From a virus, in the IMG/VR virus record IMGVR_UViG_3300031566_000020, positions 818 through 64,817 of that record: DNA of 64,000 bases; one strand, written 5' to 3'. This document shows positions 1 to 9,008 of the stretch, in pieces. How positions within the stretch are numbered: the first letter of the stretch is position 1; every line of letters begins with the position of its first letter. A model generated the notes under the pieces. It had not been told where the DNA came from, ran no database searches, and saw only the letters and a list, made by a program, of their open reading frames with translations. The position numbers and the translations under genes were made by a program.

Positions 1-81
1 ATTAAAACAACAGAAATATATGCTGAACCAGATAAGAAAATGATTAAAGAGTTTTGTGAAAAGATAAGGAATGAGAAATAA
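1..81 (+). CDS. 3' end of an upstream gene (partial)
   Basis: Frame 1 open from base 1 (IKTTEIYAEPDKKMIKEFCEKIRNEK) to TAA at 79-81. Confidence 0.55.
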   Translation: MKTTEIYAEPDKKMIKEFCEKIRNEK

Positions 82-124
82 TCTCTTATATAATATATCA
101 TTGATATACTTATATTGTATTATG

Positions 125-345
125 TTTTACCACTTTTATAAAAAGAAATACGATAGTATTTCTATTATAAAAAGCAGTAAAATATTACTGCTTATATTTA
201 ATAAAATCAATACGAAGTATTGTTTTATTACTTTTTATATACTTCGTATTGATTATTTTGAAAACTTCAGCATTTAAAATGCACTTATAAATTGCGTCCA
301 GAGGACGACGCAGTTGATGTATAATCAAACATTTGACGTATAAAA
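125..345. repeat. Intergenic cluster of inverted repeats/hairpins
   Basis: Imperfect ~27-bp IR 125-151/156-182; perfect 9-bp IR AAGCAGTAA/TTACTGCTT 172-193; perfect 16-bp IR AATCAATACGAAGTAT 205-220 / ATACTTCGTATTGATT 239-254; smaller hairpins to ~330. Confidence 0.85.
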
Positions 346-347
346 AC

Positions 348-376
348 TTGACAACTTTGCAATAATATGGTATACT
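348..376 (+). promoter_or_regulatory. sigma70-type promoter P1
   Basis: TTGACA 348-353, 17-bp spacer, TGG-TATACT extended -10 at 368-376; AAGGAG RBS before ATG 404. Confidence 0.85.
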
Positions 377-403
377 TGTATAGGAGTATAAAAGGAGAAA
401 ACT

Positions 404-634
404 ATGAATAGAAAACAACGAAGGGCAAATCGCTATAACTCTATTACTTTCAAGGGTTATAACAAAAGGCACACAAAAGGGGCTTCCGGTGCGTTACCTG
501 TTCATTTGGAACACTTTAGGAAGCTTGAATACATTAAAAAAGCAACAGAATTTGCAAAAAATGAGTTGAATAAAAACACAGAACCTGTTGTACTAGAACA
601 AGTTAATGAAAAAACAGAGGAAAAAACAGCCTAA
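404..634 (+). CDS. hypothetical protein (76 aa)
   Basis: ORF directly after P1 with AAGGAG RBS. Confidence 0.75.
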   Translation: MNRKQRRANRYNSITFKGYNKRHTKGASGALPVHLEHFRKLEYIKKATEFAKNELNKNTEPVVLEQVNEKTEEKTA

Positions 635-652
635 TTTTTGGGGTAATTTGCT

Positions 653-922
653 ATGAAAGCACTTTGGTCATTAAATGTTGAGATTTTAGAAGAATATTAT
701 GCTCTGCTTGAGAAACTTGAAGCGAAGTTTTTTAGACCATTAACCTATGAGGAGCAAGAGGTAGCTTTTTTAGAGTTGATGAAGCATAAGAATATCAAAC
801 CAATTGGGCATACTGAATTAAATAAAGAAGAATATATAAATGAGTTAGTTTCAAAAGGGAAAAAGATTTTAAATATAGATGAGGACGGATATAAATTTTA
901 CAAACCAAAGGATGAAGAATGA
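653..922 (+). CDS. hypothetical protein (89 aa)
   Basis: ORF track; operon context. Confidence 0.7.
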   Translation: MKALWSLNVEILEEYYALLEKLEAKFFRPLTYEEQEVAFLELMKHKNIKPIGHTELNKEEYINELVSKGKKILNIDEDGYKFYKPKDEE

Positions 923-1086
923 AAGAGATTAACATTGGTTATTATAGATTTCAAATTTTAAATGATGGCGGTACATCAAGTGAGAATGGAATTTTCTGTG
1001 GAAATCATATTGACAATATAATTTTAGAAAATAAATTAGAAGGTGTTGAATTAGAAGTTATTTTAAGACCGAAGGAGAAGAAATAA
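919..1086 (+). CDS. small hypothetical protein (55 aa)
   Basis: Read manually: MKEINIGYYRFQIL...; ATGA overlap upstream and TAATG overlap downstream. Confidence 0.55.
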   Translation: MKEINIGYYRFQILNDGGTSSENGIFCGNHIDNIILENKLEGVELEVILRPKEKK

Positions 1087-1601
1087 TGAAAAAACTAATC
1101 GTATTATTTTTAATGTGTTTTGCATTGACCGGATGTTCTCTTTTACCAAGAGTAACATTTGATACTCCAAATACATTACCACAATCAACGGACAAATCAT
1201 CAGCCAAATTTAAATGCTCCGGAAAGATTGAGTATTATGAAGATGGCACAGTAAAGTCATGCTCCAAAGGATTCTATCAATATCAAACGAATTATCAGAA
1301 GCAAGAACGTAAAATGACTATTACTGAAAGAGTAAAAAGCTATATCAATGCATTAGCCGGATGGGGATTTTGGGGTGTTGTTTTAATTATCATCTTATGT
1401 CCATCCTTGCTTGGCATCATAGTTGGTAGAGTTTTAGAAGCAACAGGTGGTATCGCTAAAACAACTCTTAATAAGGTTGCAAAGGCTGTACAAGAAGCAA
1501 GGAAGAATGGTAAGGATTTAAATGTGGCATTAGAATCCGAATTAGATGAAAAGAACAAGAAATATATTGCCGATTTAAAAGCAAAGGAGAAAATTAAATA
1601 G
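1086..1601 (+). CDS. lipoprotein with internal transmembrane segment (possible unimolecular spanin)
   Basis: Signal peptide MKKLIVLFLMCFALTG-C with lipobox LTGC; hydrophobic stretch ALAGWGFWGVVLIIILCPSLLGIIVG; AAGGAG RBS. Confidence 0.65.
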   Translation: MKKLIVLFLMCFALTGCSLLPRVTFDTPNTLPQSTDKSSAKFKCSGKIEYYEDGTVKSCSKGFYQYQTNYQKQERKMTITERVKSYINALAGWGFWGVVLIIILCPSLLGIIVGRVLEATGGIAKTTLNKVAKAVQEARKNGKDLNVALESELDEKNKKYIADLKAKEKIK

Positions 1602-1615
1602 TGTATTTTTAAAAC

Positions 1616-1644
1616 TTGACGACTTTTAAAAAATATGTTATACT
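1616..1644 (+). promoter_or_regulatory. sigma70-type promoter P2
   Basis: TTGACG 1616-1621, 17-bp spacer, TGT-TATACT 1636-1644. Confidence 0.8.
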
Positions 1645-1688
1645 TGAAGTGAAAGGTTTGGGAAGCTTACATTCTACAAAGGAAAATT

Positions 1689-2216
1689 ATGTTAAAAGAA
1701 ACTCCTAAAAATCTAATGTATGTTTACTTGGGTGGAATCATGTTGGGCGGTGAAGCTCAAAAACCAACAGTTGATTGGCGATATAGATTAAGAGAAAGCT
1801 ATGCCAATTGGAAAGGGCAAGGAATGTATGAGATTTGTTTTCTTGACCCTTGGAATGGGGAAGTAGGGGCTGTTATAGATAAAGAAGGTCTAACAAATGA
1901 AAGAGTTCCCGGCAAGGCAATATATGAAGGAGATAAATTAGCTATTAAAAAATCAGATATTGTTATTGCTAATTTTAATCAGTATGGAAGTCCAAGACCT
2001 TCTGTTGGAACATACTTTGAATGTGGAATGGCATTGGCATTTGATAAACCTTTGATTCTTATTGTTCCAGAAAGAGAGCATGAAAGATGGAGCAGACATC
2101 CATTTACAACTCAATCGGTAGCAATATATAAATCCGTTGATGAGTTAATAGAATCAAAAATTTTAAACTGGTTTTACAAAAGGACAAACTCTGCTATTTA
2201 TGAGTGGAATTTATAA
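1689..2216 (+). CDS. nucleoside 2-deoxyribosyltransferase-like / 5'-nucleotide N-hydrolase
   Basis: VYLGG N-terminal strand; SDIVIANF...SVGTYFECGMALAFDKPLIL matches NDT-family GTxxExG motif. Confidence 0.75.
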   Translation: MLKETPKNLMYVYLGGIMLGGEAQKPTVDWRYRLRESYANWKGQGMYEICFLDPWNGEVGAVIDKEGLTNERVPGKAIYEGDKLAIKKSDIVIANFNQYGSPRPSVGTYFECGMALAFDKPLILIVPEREHERWSRHPFTTQSVAIYKSVDELIESKILNWFYKRTNSAIYEWNL

Positions 2217-2824
2217 TGGCAAACAACGAAAAAATTATTAATGACTATTTAAAAACCTACTTAATTGGTGCTATGGAGAAAACCCAAGATAAAGATAATG
2301 GTAGGGGTTGGAGAGATAGGTTAAGACCTGAATTGGAATCCAGATTCGATTCAAATAATAATCCAGTTTATGTCTTTGACCCTACTATTATGGAAGAAGA
2401 ACGCACAGGATATGATGTAAAAGAATTCCATGAGAAATTAGAGGATTGGATTTCTTCAGGTAAAAGAGATAAGATTCGTGAAGCAATGGATAAAATTTGG
2501 AGAGGAAAAACATCTTTAAAACAAACAGAAACAACAAAAGCAGATTTGCATCATATGTTTGGTGATGTAGATTATGTTCGGAATTCCAATTTTATTATCT
2601 GTATGATTAATGAAGGCGATTCTCCTTGCGGTACATATTTTGAAGCCGGTTATGCTTATGAAAGAAATATACCTATCTATTTAATTCAAACAATGGCTCT
2701 TTCAAAGTATAATAAATCTTTTCTTGGTTGGGTTCTTGGAAGCGGTGGAGATATATTTCCTAACCAAAAACAATTACTGGAATATTTAGATAAGAGATAT
2801 AATTTAAAAAAGATGGAGAAATAA
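2216..2824 (+). CDS. second nucleoside 2-deoxyribosyltransferase-like protein
   Basis: YLIGAME; DYVRNSNFIICMI...PCGTYFEAGYAYERNIPIYLI; start taken at TAATG overlap. Confidence 0.72.
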   Translation: MANNEKIINDYLKTYLIGAMEKTQDKDNGRGWRDRLRPELESRFDSNNNPVYVFDPTIMEEERTGYDVKEFHEKLEDWISSGKRDKIREAMDKIWRGKTSLKQTETTKADLHHMFGDVDYVRNSNFIICMINEGDSPCGTYFEAGYAYERNIPIYLIQTMALSKYNKSFLGWVLGSGGDIFPNQKQLLEYLDKRYNLKKMEK

Positions 2825-2825
2825 T

Positions 2826-3212
2826 ATGAAATTTAATGAAGTCAAGGATAGTGGAAAAAGACAGCAGTTTGAAACAGGTAGCAAAAGGGATACAAATGAA
2901 GGGAAACCACGTTATGATTTGATTCCACCTTTGGCTTTGAATAGACTTGCTATGCATTTTGCTAACGGAGCAAAGAAGTATGGTGACCGAAATTGGGAAA
3001 AAGGACAGCCATTAAACAGATACATAGAAAGTGCTGAAAGACATTTACAAAAGATGAAGATGGGCATTGTAGATGAAGACCATGAATCAGCATTAGTATG
3101 GAATATAATGGCTTATATGCATACCAAGATGATGATAGAAACAGGGGAACTACCAAAAGAATTAGATAATGTTCCTAAATACAGCGAAGCAGTAAAAAAA
3201 TTATTTCAATAA
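2826..3212 (+). CDS. dATP/dGTP diphosphohydrolase (DUF5664-type)
   Basis: DSGKRQQFETGSKRD...GKPRYDLIPPLALNRLAMHFANGAKKYGDRNWEKG...ESAERHL family signature. Confidence 0.85.
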   Translation: MKFNEVKDSGKRQQFETGSKRDTNEGKPRYDLIPPLALNRLAMHFANGAKKYGDRNWEKGQPLNRYIESAERHLQKMKMGIVDEDHESALVWNIMAYMHTKMMIETGELPKELDNVPKYSEAVKKLFQ

Positions 3213-3226
3213 CAAGGAGAAAGAAA

Positions 3227-3370
3227 ATGAAACCTAGGAAGGAAGTGATTGAGGACGTATTAAATGCTTTTTTGGGTATTGATGGACAAGAAGAAGGAGT
3301 AAGTGCAGTTTTAGATGATGATGAAATTGATTTGCTATCAACAGCTATTGATGAAGCTTTGAAAGGATAA
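3227..3370 (+). CDS. small acidic hypothetical protein (47 aa)
   Basis: Read manually; AAGGAG RBS. Confidence 0.55.
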   Translation: MKPRKEVIEDVLNAFLGIDGQEEGVSAVLDDDEIDLLSTAIDEALKG

Positions 3371-3371
3371 C

Positions 3372-3587
3372 ATGAAAATCCAAGTCAAAATTAATAGAGA
3401 TAATGAAAATCTATATTGCACATATTACAAAGAGCTAATTCCTATTGATGAAAAATATTTAGAAGTCACAGATTATTATTTAGATGATGTCATCATAAAT
3501 GTTTATAGTTATGAATGTATGGACATGTTAGTTAATGACCATATGGAAGAATATGATGAATCACCAGATATTTTCGGAGATTTTTAA
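3372..3587 (+). CDS. hypothetical protein (71 aa)
   Basis: ORF track; tightly packed with neighbours. Confidence 0.65.
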   Translation: MKIQVKINRDNENLYCTYYKELIPIDEKYLEVTDYYLDDVIINVYSYECMDMLVNDHMEEYDESPDIFGDF

Positions 3588-4600
3588 TGAAAAAGGTTGT
3601 AATACTAGATGCCGGAGTTCTTACTCACCGCAGTATCTTTGCTTGGGGTGCTGAAAAAAGAAGACTGTTGCTAAAAGGCACAGATGATGACCCAAGATGT
3701 CCGGCTAGTTATACATATTTAAATACCTGTTATGCAACTTTAAAGAAGATAGGAATAGATAAAGATGATATTGTAATAGTGGCTAAAGATGGATGGAATT
3801 CATGGAGAAAAGCGTTCTTACCGGAATATAAAGGGCAAAGAAAGGCTTTAAGAAAAAGCCATGAAGAAATTGATTGGAAAGCTCAATATGCAATCATCAA
3901 TAGGTTGGAAAGACAATTAGATAAATATACTAATTGGCATGTACTACAATTAAATAATGCTTTTAACTTTGCTGATTTATGTTTAACAGATGAAGGGCAA
4001 GAATTAAATATAGAAGACTATGATATTGACATGGCTACGGAGTATGGTATTGAGTGTGATGATATTATGGCTGTAGCAGTTAAGTATTTTAAAAACTATG
4101 ACGAAATTGTTTTAATGACAATTGATGAAGATATTTCACAGTTAGTTTATTATAAAAATGTTAAGATTTTTAATCCAAATTTAAAAAGTCCAACGAATAA
4201 AGCTAATAAAGGATATTACGAAATTGTAAAAGAACCTCTAAAAATCAGGGCAAAGAAATACAGGTTAGGAGATAAGTCAGATAACATTTTAGTAAACAAA
4301 AATCACGATACACCAAGAGATGTAGAGATAAGACAGCTTGTTATTAATCTGATAGATTTGCCGGGGTGGGTGGAAGAACCTATTTTGAAACAATTAAACA
4401 ATTTAGATTATGAGAAAACAATAGATTATAATAATTTGCCATTTCAAAACTCTTTGGGAAAAAGATTTGATACAATTTACAGCAAGAAATCAGTTCGTAC
4501 TTATGAAGAATCCATTGAAAGAGATACAAAGAAGCAACAGATAGATGCTGAAAAATCCAAATTAAAAAGAAGTCAGAAGAAAAAGAAGGTTAAAGTATGA
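3587..4600 (+). CDS. 5'-3' exonuclease / flap endonuclease (T4 RNase H-like PIN domain)
   Basis: ILDAG, VAKDGWNSWRKAFLPEYKGQRK, ECDDIM, TIDEDISQL, GDKSDNI acidic motifs. Confidence 0.88.
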   Translation: MKKVVILDAGVLTHRSIFAWGAEKRRLLLKGTDDDPRCPASYTYLNTCYATLKKIGIDKDDIVIVAKDGWNSWRKAFLPEYKGQRKALRKSHEEIDWKAQYAIINRLERQLDKYTNWHVLQLNNAFNFADLCLTDEGQELNIEDYDIDMATEYGIECDDIMAVAVKYFKNYDEIVLMTIDEDISQLVYYKNVKIFNPNLKSPTNKANKGYYEIVKEPLKIRAKKYRLGDKSDNILVNKNHDTPRDVEIRQLVINLIDLPGWVEEPILKQLNNLDYEKTIDYNNLPFQNSLGKRFDTIYSKKSVRTYEESIERDTKKQQIDAEKSKLKRSQKKKKVKV

Positions 4601-4731
4601 AGATTGACCCTTTGGATATTTATAAATCAATAAGAAAGACTTGGAAAAAGAATCCAAAGACCGAAGTACATAAAACAAAGAAGCGTAAATCAAAACAACA
4701 GGAAAAAATAGATTTAAAGAAGGAGTATTGA
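4597..4731 (+). CDS. small basic hypothetical protein (44 aa)
   Basis: Read manually; ATGA overlap; fills the gap. Confidence 0.5.
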   Translation: MKIDPLDIYKSIRKTWKKNPKTEVHKTKKRKSKQQEKIDLKKEY

Positions 4732-4732
4732 T

Positions 4733-4981
4733 ATGCCATATATTAAAAGGGATAGGAGAGAAGAACTTGAAGGCTTGTATTTTAACATGAAGAATGTTGG
4801 TCTAAAAGCAGATGGCGATATTAATTATCTCTTATATAAGTATTGTAAAGAAGTGATTAAGCCAAGCTACAATAATTATAAAAATTTTTGTGGTGAGTTG
4901 CGTCAATGTGCTACAGAGATTGAAAGAAGGATTTTAGCAGAATACGAAGATGAAAAAATTCAAGAAAATGGAGATGTATAA
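4733..4981 (+). CDS. conserved phage protein (MPYI...YEDEKIxENGDV family, DUF6899-like)
   Basis: MPYIK start, GDINY, and C-terminal RRILAEYEDEKIQENGDV, typical of a small phage family found beside nucleotide-metabolism genes. Confidence 0.7.
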   Translation: MPYIKRDRREELEGLYFNMKNVGLKADGDINYLLYKYCKEVIKPSYNNYKNFCGELRQCATEIERRILAEYEDEKIQENGDV

Positions 4982-4995
4982 TAAAGGAGAAGAAA

Positions 4996-5271
4996 ATGGC
5001 AAATGAAGGTTATGATAGAAAAAAAGATGTTCAGCTTTTCAAAGAAGGAATTAATGTTGGTAAGGAACGTGGCAATCGTTATTTAAACGTGGTTGCTTAT
5101 CAGTATGATGGTGGTGAAAAGAAGATTCGTATTGAAGTTTCTAATAAGAACACGAACCCTAATGCTGACCCTAAAAAGCAGTGGATTAGAGTTGCCGGGA
5201 TTTCTCAAATTACAAAGGCTGAAGCTGAAGGTTTAGTAAAACTTTTAGAAAAAGCAATTTATAAAATTTAA
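4996..5271 (+). CDS. PC4-like ssDNA-binding protein
   Basis: YDRKKDVQLFKE...LNVVAYQYDGGEKKIRI...W...ITKAEAEGLV resembles prokaryotic PC4-like proteins. Confidence 0.55.
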   Translation: MANEGYDRKKDVQLFKEGINVGKERGNRYLNVVAYQYDGGEKKIRIEVSNKNTNPNADPKKQWIRVAGISQITKAEAEGLVKLLEKAIYKI

Positions 5272-5282
5272 GGAGCTGATTT

Positions 5283-6071
5283 ATGGCAAAAGTTATTCAG
5301 ACAGTAGCATGGACTATGAAGGATGATGCTGTTATTAAGTTAAAAGAATCTAATACAGCATATGATGTAGATGAAAAGGTAGATGCCTTTTTAAAGGGAA
5401 AAAATCTCTATGATGAGTTAGATGGAAAGAAAGTTGAAGTAGAGATTGATGAAGAAAAAGGACATAACGGAACAATTATGCGTCTTACTCTTGCTGATGG
5501 GAAAAAAGAAGAACCTAAAGCAGAAGAACCAAAAGAAACTCCTAAAGAAGAACCTAAACAGCAAGAAAAAGCAGAACCTGTCAAAGATGAATTGATTATA
5601 AAAGAATTGACAGTTGCTGGAGTTTCGGTAAAAAATGCTGGTGTTACTTTCAAAGAAGAAGAAAAGGTTTGGTATACACTTGATAGTACAATTAATGCAC
5701 AGGAATTTAAAGATAAGTATACAAAAAAAGTTGTTGAAGTTTCTATTTTGAAAACAGATAAGGGCAATGATGTAATCAAAGGTTATACTGTTAAAGAGGA
5801 TGATGTTAAATCAGAAGATGAAACAACCGAACCAGATGAACCAAGCATGACACAAAAGGATGCTTTTTACAGAGTAAAACAGCTAGAAAGTCAAGTTCGA
5901 TATTTAAAGGAACAGCAATCAGCATCTTTTGAAGCACAGTCAGCAGTAAATTCTGCAAACCAAGCAATCACCGGATGTATTGAAGATGATATTGATAAGG
6001 TGCTTGTAAAACTTGAAAAAATTGCAACTAAGAATTATGAGATGATTCAGAAGTTAAAAAATAAGGAATAA
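5283..6071 (+). CDS. hypothetical protein, two beta-rich domains with acidic linkers (possible SSB)
   Basis: Two segments ending in similar KKVEVEI/KKVVEVSI...KG.N motifs; KEEP-rich linker; replication-module position. Confidence 0.45.
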   Translation: MAKVIQTVAWTMKDDAVIKLKESNTAYDVDEKVDAFLKGKNLYDELDGKKVEVEIDEEKGHNGTIMRLTLADGKKEEPKAEEPKETPKEEPKQQEKAEPVKDELIIKELTVAGVSVKNAGVTFKEEEKVWYTLDSTINAQEFKDKYTKKVVEVSILKTDKGNDVIKGYTVKEDDVKSEDETTEPDEPSMTQKDAFYRVKQLESQVRYLKEQQSASFEAQSAVNSANQAITGCIEDDIDKVLVKLEKIATKNYEMIQKLKNKE

Positions 6072-6074
6072 ACC

Positions 6075-7139
6075 ATGACTGATAAAGAGATTAAACAGCT
6101 TGAGAATTTAATCACAGTTCCTTCTCCTTCTGGATTTGAAGGCTATATTGCCGATTACATAAAAGACCAAGTGTTAGAAGTTCTTAAAGAGGGCAATGTA
6201 GAAGTTGATTTCCAGAAGAATGTTATTGTGAAAATTGATGGTGTAGATACATCAAAAACCATCATGATTGATGCTCATTTAGACCAAATAGGTTATGTTG
6301 TAACAAACATCAGCAAAGAGGGTTTATTAAGCATTGGTATGCTTGGAGGAAGTGATTCATCTATTATTAGTGCAAGGCATCTAAACATCATTACAGATGG
6401 TGGTATTATTAATGCTGTAGTAGATAGAACGCATTCTCATTTGGTTTATGATGAAGATGATGAAAATGTAGGAAATTTATCTGATGCACAGATTGATATT
6501 GGTGTAAGAAGATTTGATGAAGTATCAAAGTATGTAAAGATTGGTGACCCGGTTGTATTTCATCCTCATTTCTATAAATTAATGGAAGATTTTTATGCTG
6601 GATATGGCTTTGATGATAAAGCCGGATGTTGGGTTTTATTAAACACTATTAAGAAATTTGCAAAATCAAAACCTCCGATTAACATTGTTTTTGTTTTTAG
6701 TTCCCAAGAGGAAACAGGAACACGATTGCCAACTATCGTAAATCGCTTTAATCCATCAGCAATCATTTCAATTGATGTTACATTTGGAACAGATTATGGC
6801 TTTGGTGATGTTCTTGATAGACAAGTTGGAACATGTGAACTTGGAAATGGCGGTGTTATTTATAGAGGACTTGGCTTAGATAAAGAGTTCTATCTTGCTT
6901 TAGAAAAAACAGCCATTACTAAAAAACTACCATTCCAAACTCAAGCAAATGCTATTTCAGGTGGATTTACTTCTTTGATGGTTTCATCAGAATTAAACGG
7001 AATAAAAGCAAGTGTTATAGGAGTTCCTTTAAGAAACATGCATACTCCTGTTGAAATTATTTGCCTAAAAGATTTAATGAATGTTTCTAAACTATTAACA
7101 TCTTTTTTGAAGAATCCAAAAATTTCAGAACTTATTTAA
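6075..7139 (+). CDS. M42 family (TET/FrvX) metallo-aminopeptidase
   Basis: PSPSGFE, DAHLDQIG, DDKAG, SQEETG, ISIDVT, LRNMHTPVE. Confidence 0.92.
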   Translation: MTDKEIKQLENLITVPSPSGFEGYIADYIKDQVLEVLKEGNVEVDFQKNVIVKIDGVDTSKTIMIDAHLDQIGYVVTNISKEGLLSIGMLGGSDSSIISARHLNIITDGGIINAVVDRTHSHLVYDEDDENVGNLSDAQIDIGVRRFDEVSKYVKIGDPVVFHPHFYKLMEDFYAGYGFDDKAGCWVLLNTIKKFAKSKPPINIVFVFSSQEETGTRLPTIVNRFNPSAIISIDVTFGTDYGFGDVLDRQVGTCELGNGGVIYRGLGLDKEFYLALEKTAITKKLPFQTQANAISGGFTSLMVSSELNGIKASVIGVPLRNMHTPVEIICLKDLMNVSKLLTSFLKNPKISELI

Positions 7140-7151
7140 GTTAGGAAAAAA

Positions 7152-9008
7152 ATGCATAATCATATCAAAAATCAATATGCTCAAGTTTTAGTTGAGTACC
7201 TAAAAGACCTTTTATCTACAGAAATTAAGAATGATAAGAGTGCTTTTCCATGTCCTGTTTGTAAACGTGAAACAGCTTTTCTTTATCCAAACCAAAAAAC
7301 TAATTTCTATTGTAATCATCCGGAGTGTAATTTCAAGGGTGATATTTTTGATTTGATAAGAAAAACAAAGAAACCTGATTTCTCTGATGCTGATATTGCT
7401 GTTTACTTACAGCACAAATTCCAAGTTGAAATAAAAGATGATATAAATGATATTCTTTCTTTATATAAGAAGAATAATTTTAGTCTTTTTCCTTTAGAAC
7501 CAAATTCTAAAACCCCACAAAAAGGTTTTATGTGGACAGAAAAGAATTATAAAGACCCTGAAATCTGGAAAGAATGGGTTGATAGAGGATACGGACTTGC
7601 TATACGGTTAGGCGAAGCATCAAATGTTATAGCAATTGATATTGATTCAGATGAAACATATGAAAAGGTTAAACACTTACTTCCTGAAAACACTTTAATT
7701 CAAGATACCAAAAGAGGTCGGCATTGGGTGTTTGTTTATGAGGAAGATTTTAGTGGTATTAAACATTTGAATTTCCGTAACAAAGGTTATGATATGGAGC
7801 TTCGTGGTAATAATGCTTATATCGCTATTGCTCCAACATCTGCAAATGGTGAGATTAGAAAATGGAATAATAAAAAGATTCAAAAAATGCCACAAGAATT
7901 AAAAGATTTTATTCTTGGTCTTATTGATGCAAATACAAAGAATGTTGAAGAAGACATTCAAGAAGCAATTGATAAAGAAGAATTAGGTACAACTATTGAT
8001 GGTTTAGAAGGTAGATGTAATGACACATTTGTAAAAATGGGCGGTATTTTAAGGAAGAAATTAAATCTTGAAAATACAAAGGTAGCATTATCTGTATTTA
8101 ACCAAGCGTTAGACAACCCAATGCCTGATAAAGATATTAGAAATATTCTTAGGCAATTAGATAAATATCAAACATATGATAAAGAAGAATTATCGCAAGA
8201 AGTTTTGGAACGCTTAGAGATTATTAAGGAAGGAACAGCATTTCAAATTGCCAGTTCGTTAAAAAGGGAACAAAAAGATGTTGAAGATGTATTGAAGCAT
8301 TTAGAAGATGAACAAAAAGTATTAAATATTAAAGGTAGAAAGTATAAGGTTCTTGAAAATGTAAAATGGACAAGTCAAAAAGAAGAATTAGGTATTCCAG
8401 TTGATTTTGTTTGCCCTTTTTTCCATAATATTGCAAGGTTTTATCAAGGTGGTATGGTTATTATTGGTTCTCCTACAGGTCATGGAAAAAGTCATATTAC
8501 AGGTAACATTATTAAGCAACTATGGGAACAGAAAAGAAAGACGTATTTGATTAATACAGAGCCTGAAGGCGGTATTGGTAAAATAACACAGACATTAGGA
8601 ATTCCAAACGAAGCATATTTAGTGCCTGAAAAAAATGTTTGTCATCCAACGGATATTGAATTAGTAGATAATGCTATTACAGTTGTAGATTGGTTGAGAA
8701 TGAAGGAAGGAGATTTTACTCAAACAAGTAACACATTCCATCATTTTCAACAGCAACTGTTAAAACATAAAGGATTTTTGATTATTTTAACACAAATAAG
8801 AAAATCCAACAACGAATGGTTTGCACCAGACCAAGTTGAAGAATTTGCATCTTTAGCGTGTAAATATTTATGGGGTAATAACGGAATAGATGGTGAAAAC
8901 ACATATTTCTTGGCAACAAAAATTCGTGATAGTAAAATTGGAAAACAAAACGTAACTATTCCAACATATTTTAACCCAACAACTAAAATCTTGGAAGTCC
9001 GGAAATGA
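7152..9008 (+). CDS. primase-helicase: Zn finger + Prim-Pol (AEP) + RecA-type helicase
   Basis: CPVC...CNHPEC Zn finger; LFPLEPNSKTP, AIDIDS, TKRGRHWVF, ELRGNNAYI Prim-Pol motifs; GSPTGHGKS Walker A; TVVDWL; ILTQIRK. Confidence 0.88.
   Translation: MHNHIKNQYAQVLVEYLKDLLSTEIKNDKSAFPCPVCKRETAFLYPNQKTNFYCNHPECNFKGDIFDLIRKTKKPDFSDADIAVYLQHKFQVEIKDDINDILSLYKKNNFSLFPLEPNSKTPQKGFMWTEKNYKDPEIWKEWVDRGYGLAIRLGEASNVIAIDIDSDETYEKVKHLLPENTLIQDTKRGRHWVFVYEEDFSGIKHLNFRNKGYDMELRGNNAYIAIAPTSANGEIRKWNNKKIQKMPQELKDFILGLIDANTKNVEEDIQEAIDKEELGTTIDGLEGRCNDTFVKMGGILRKKLNLENTKVALSVFNQALDNPMPDKDIRNILRQLDKYQTYDKEELSQEVLERLEIIKEGTAFQIASSLKREQKDVEDVLKHLEDEQKVLNIKGRKYKVLENVKWTSQKEELGIPVDFVCPFFHNIARFYQGGMVIIGSPTGHGKSHITGNIIKQLWEQKRKTYLINTEPEGGIGKITQTLGIPNEAYLVPEKNVCHPTDIELVDNAITVVDWLRMKEGDFTQTSNTFHHFQQQLLKHKGFLIILTQIRKSNNEWFAPDQVEEFASLACKYLWGNNGIDGENTYFLATKIRDSKIGKQNVTIPTYFNPTTKILEVRK

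Noticed and set aside
71-472. ORFs 71-277 (+) and 185-472 (-) as genes
   Set aside because: Low-complexity I/Y/F/K translations over the hairpin and promoter region, with no RBS.
1689-3212. Calling this a Z-genome (2-aminoadenine) phage
   Set aside because: No PurZ/adenylosuccinate synthetase homolog is in the window; the diphosphohydrolase alone is not diagnostic.
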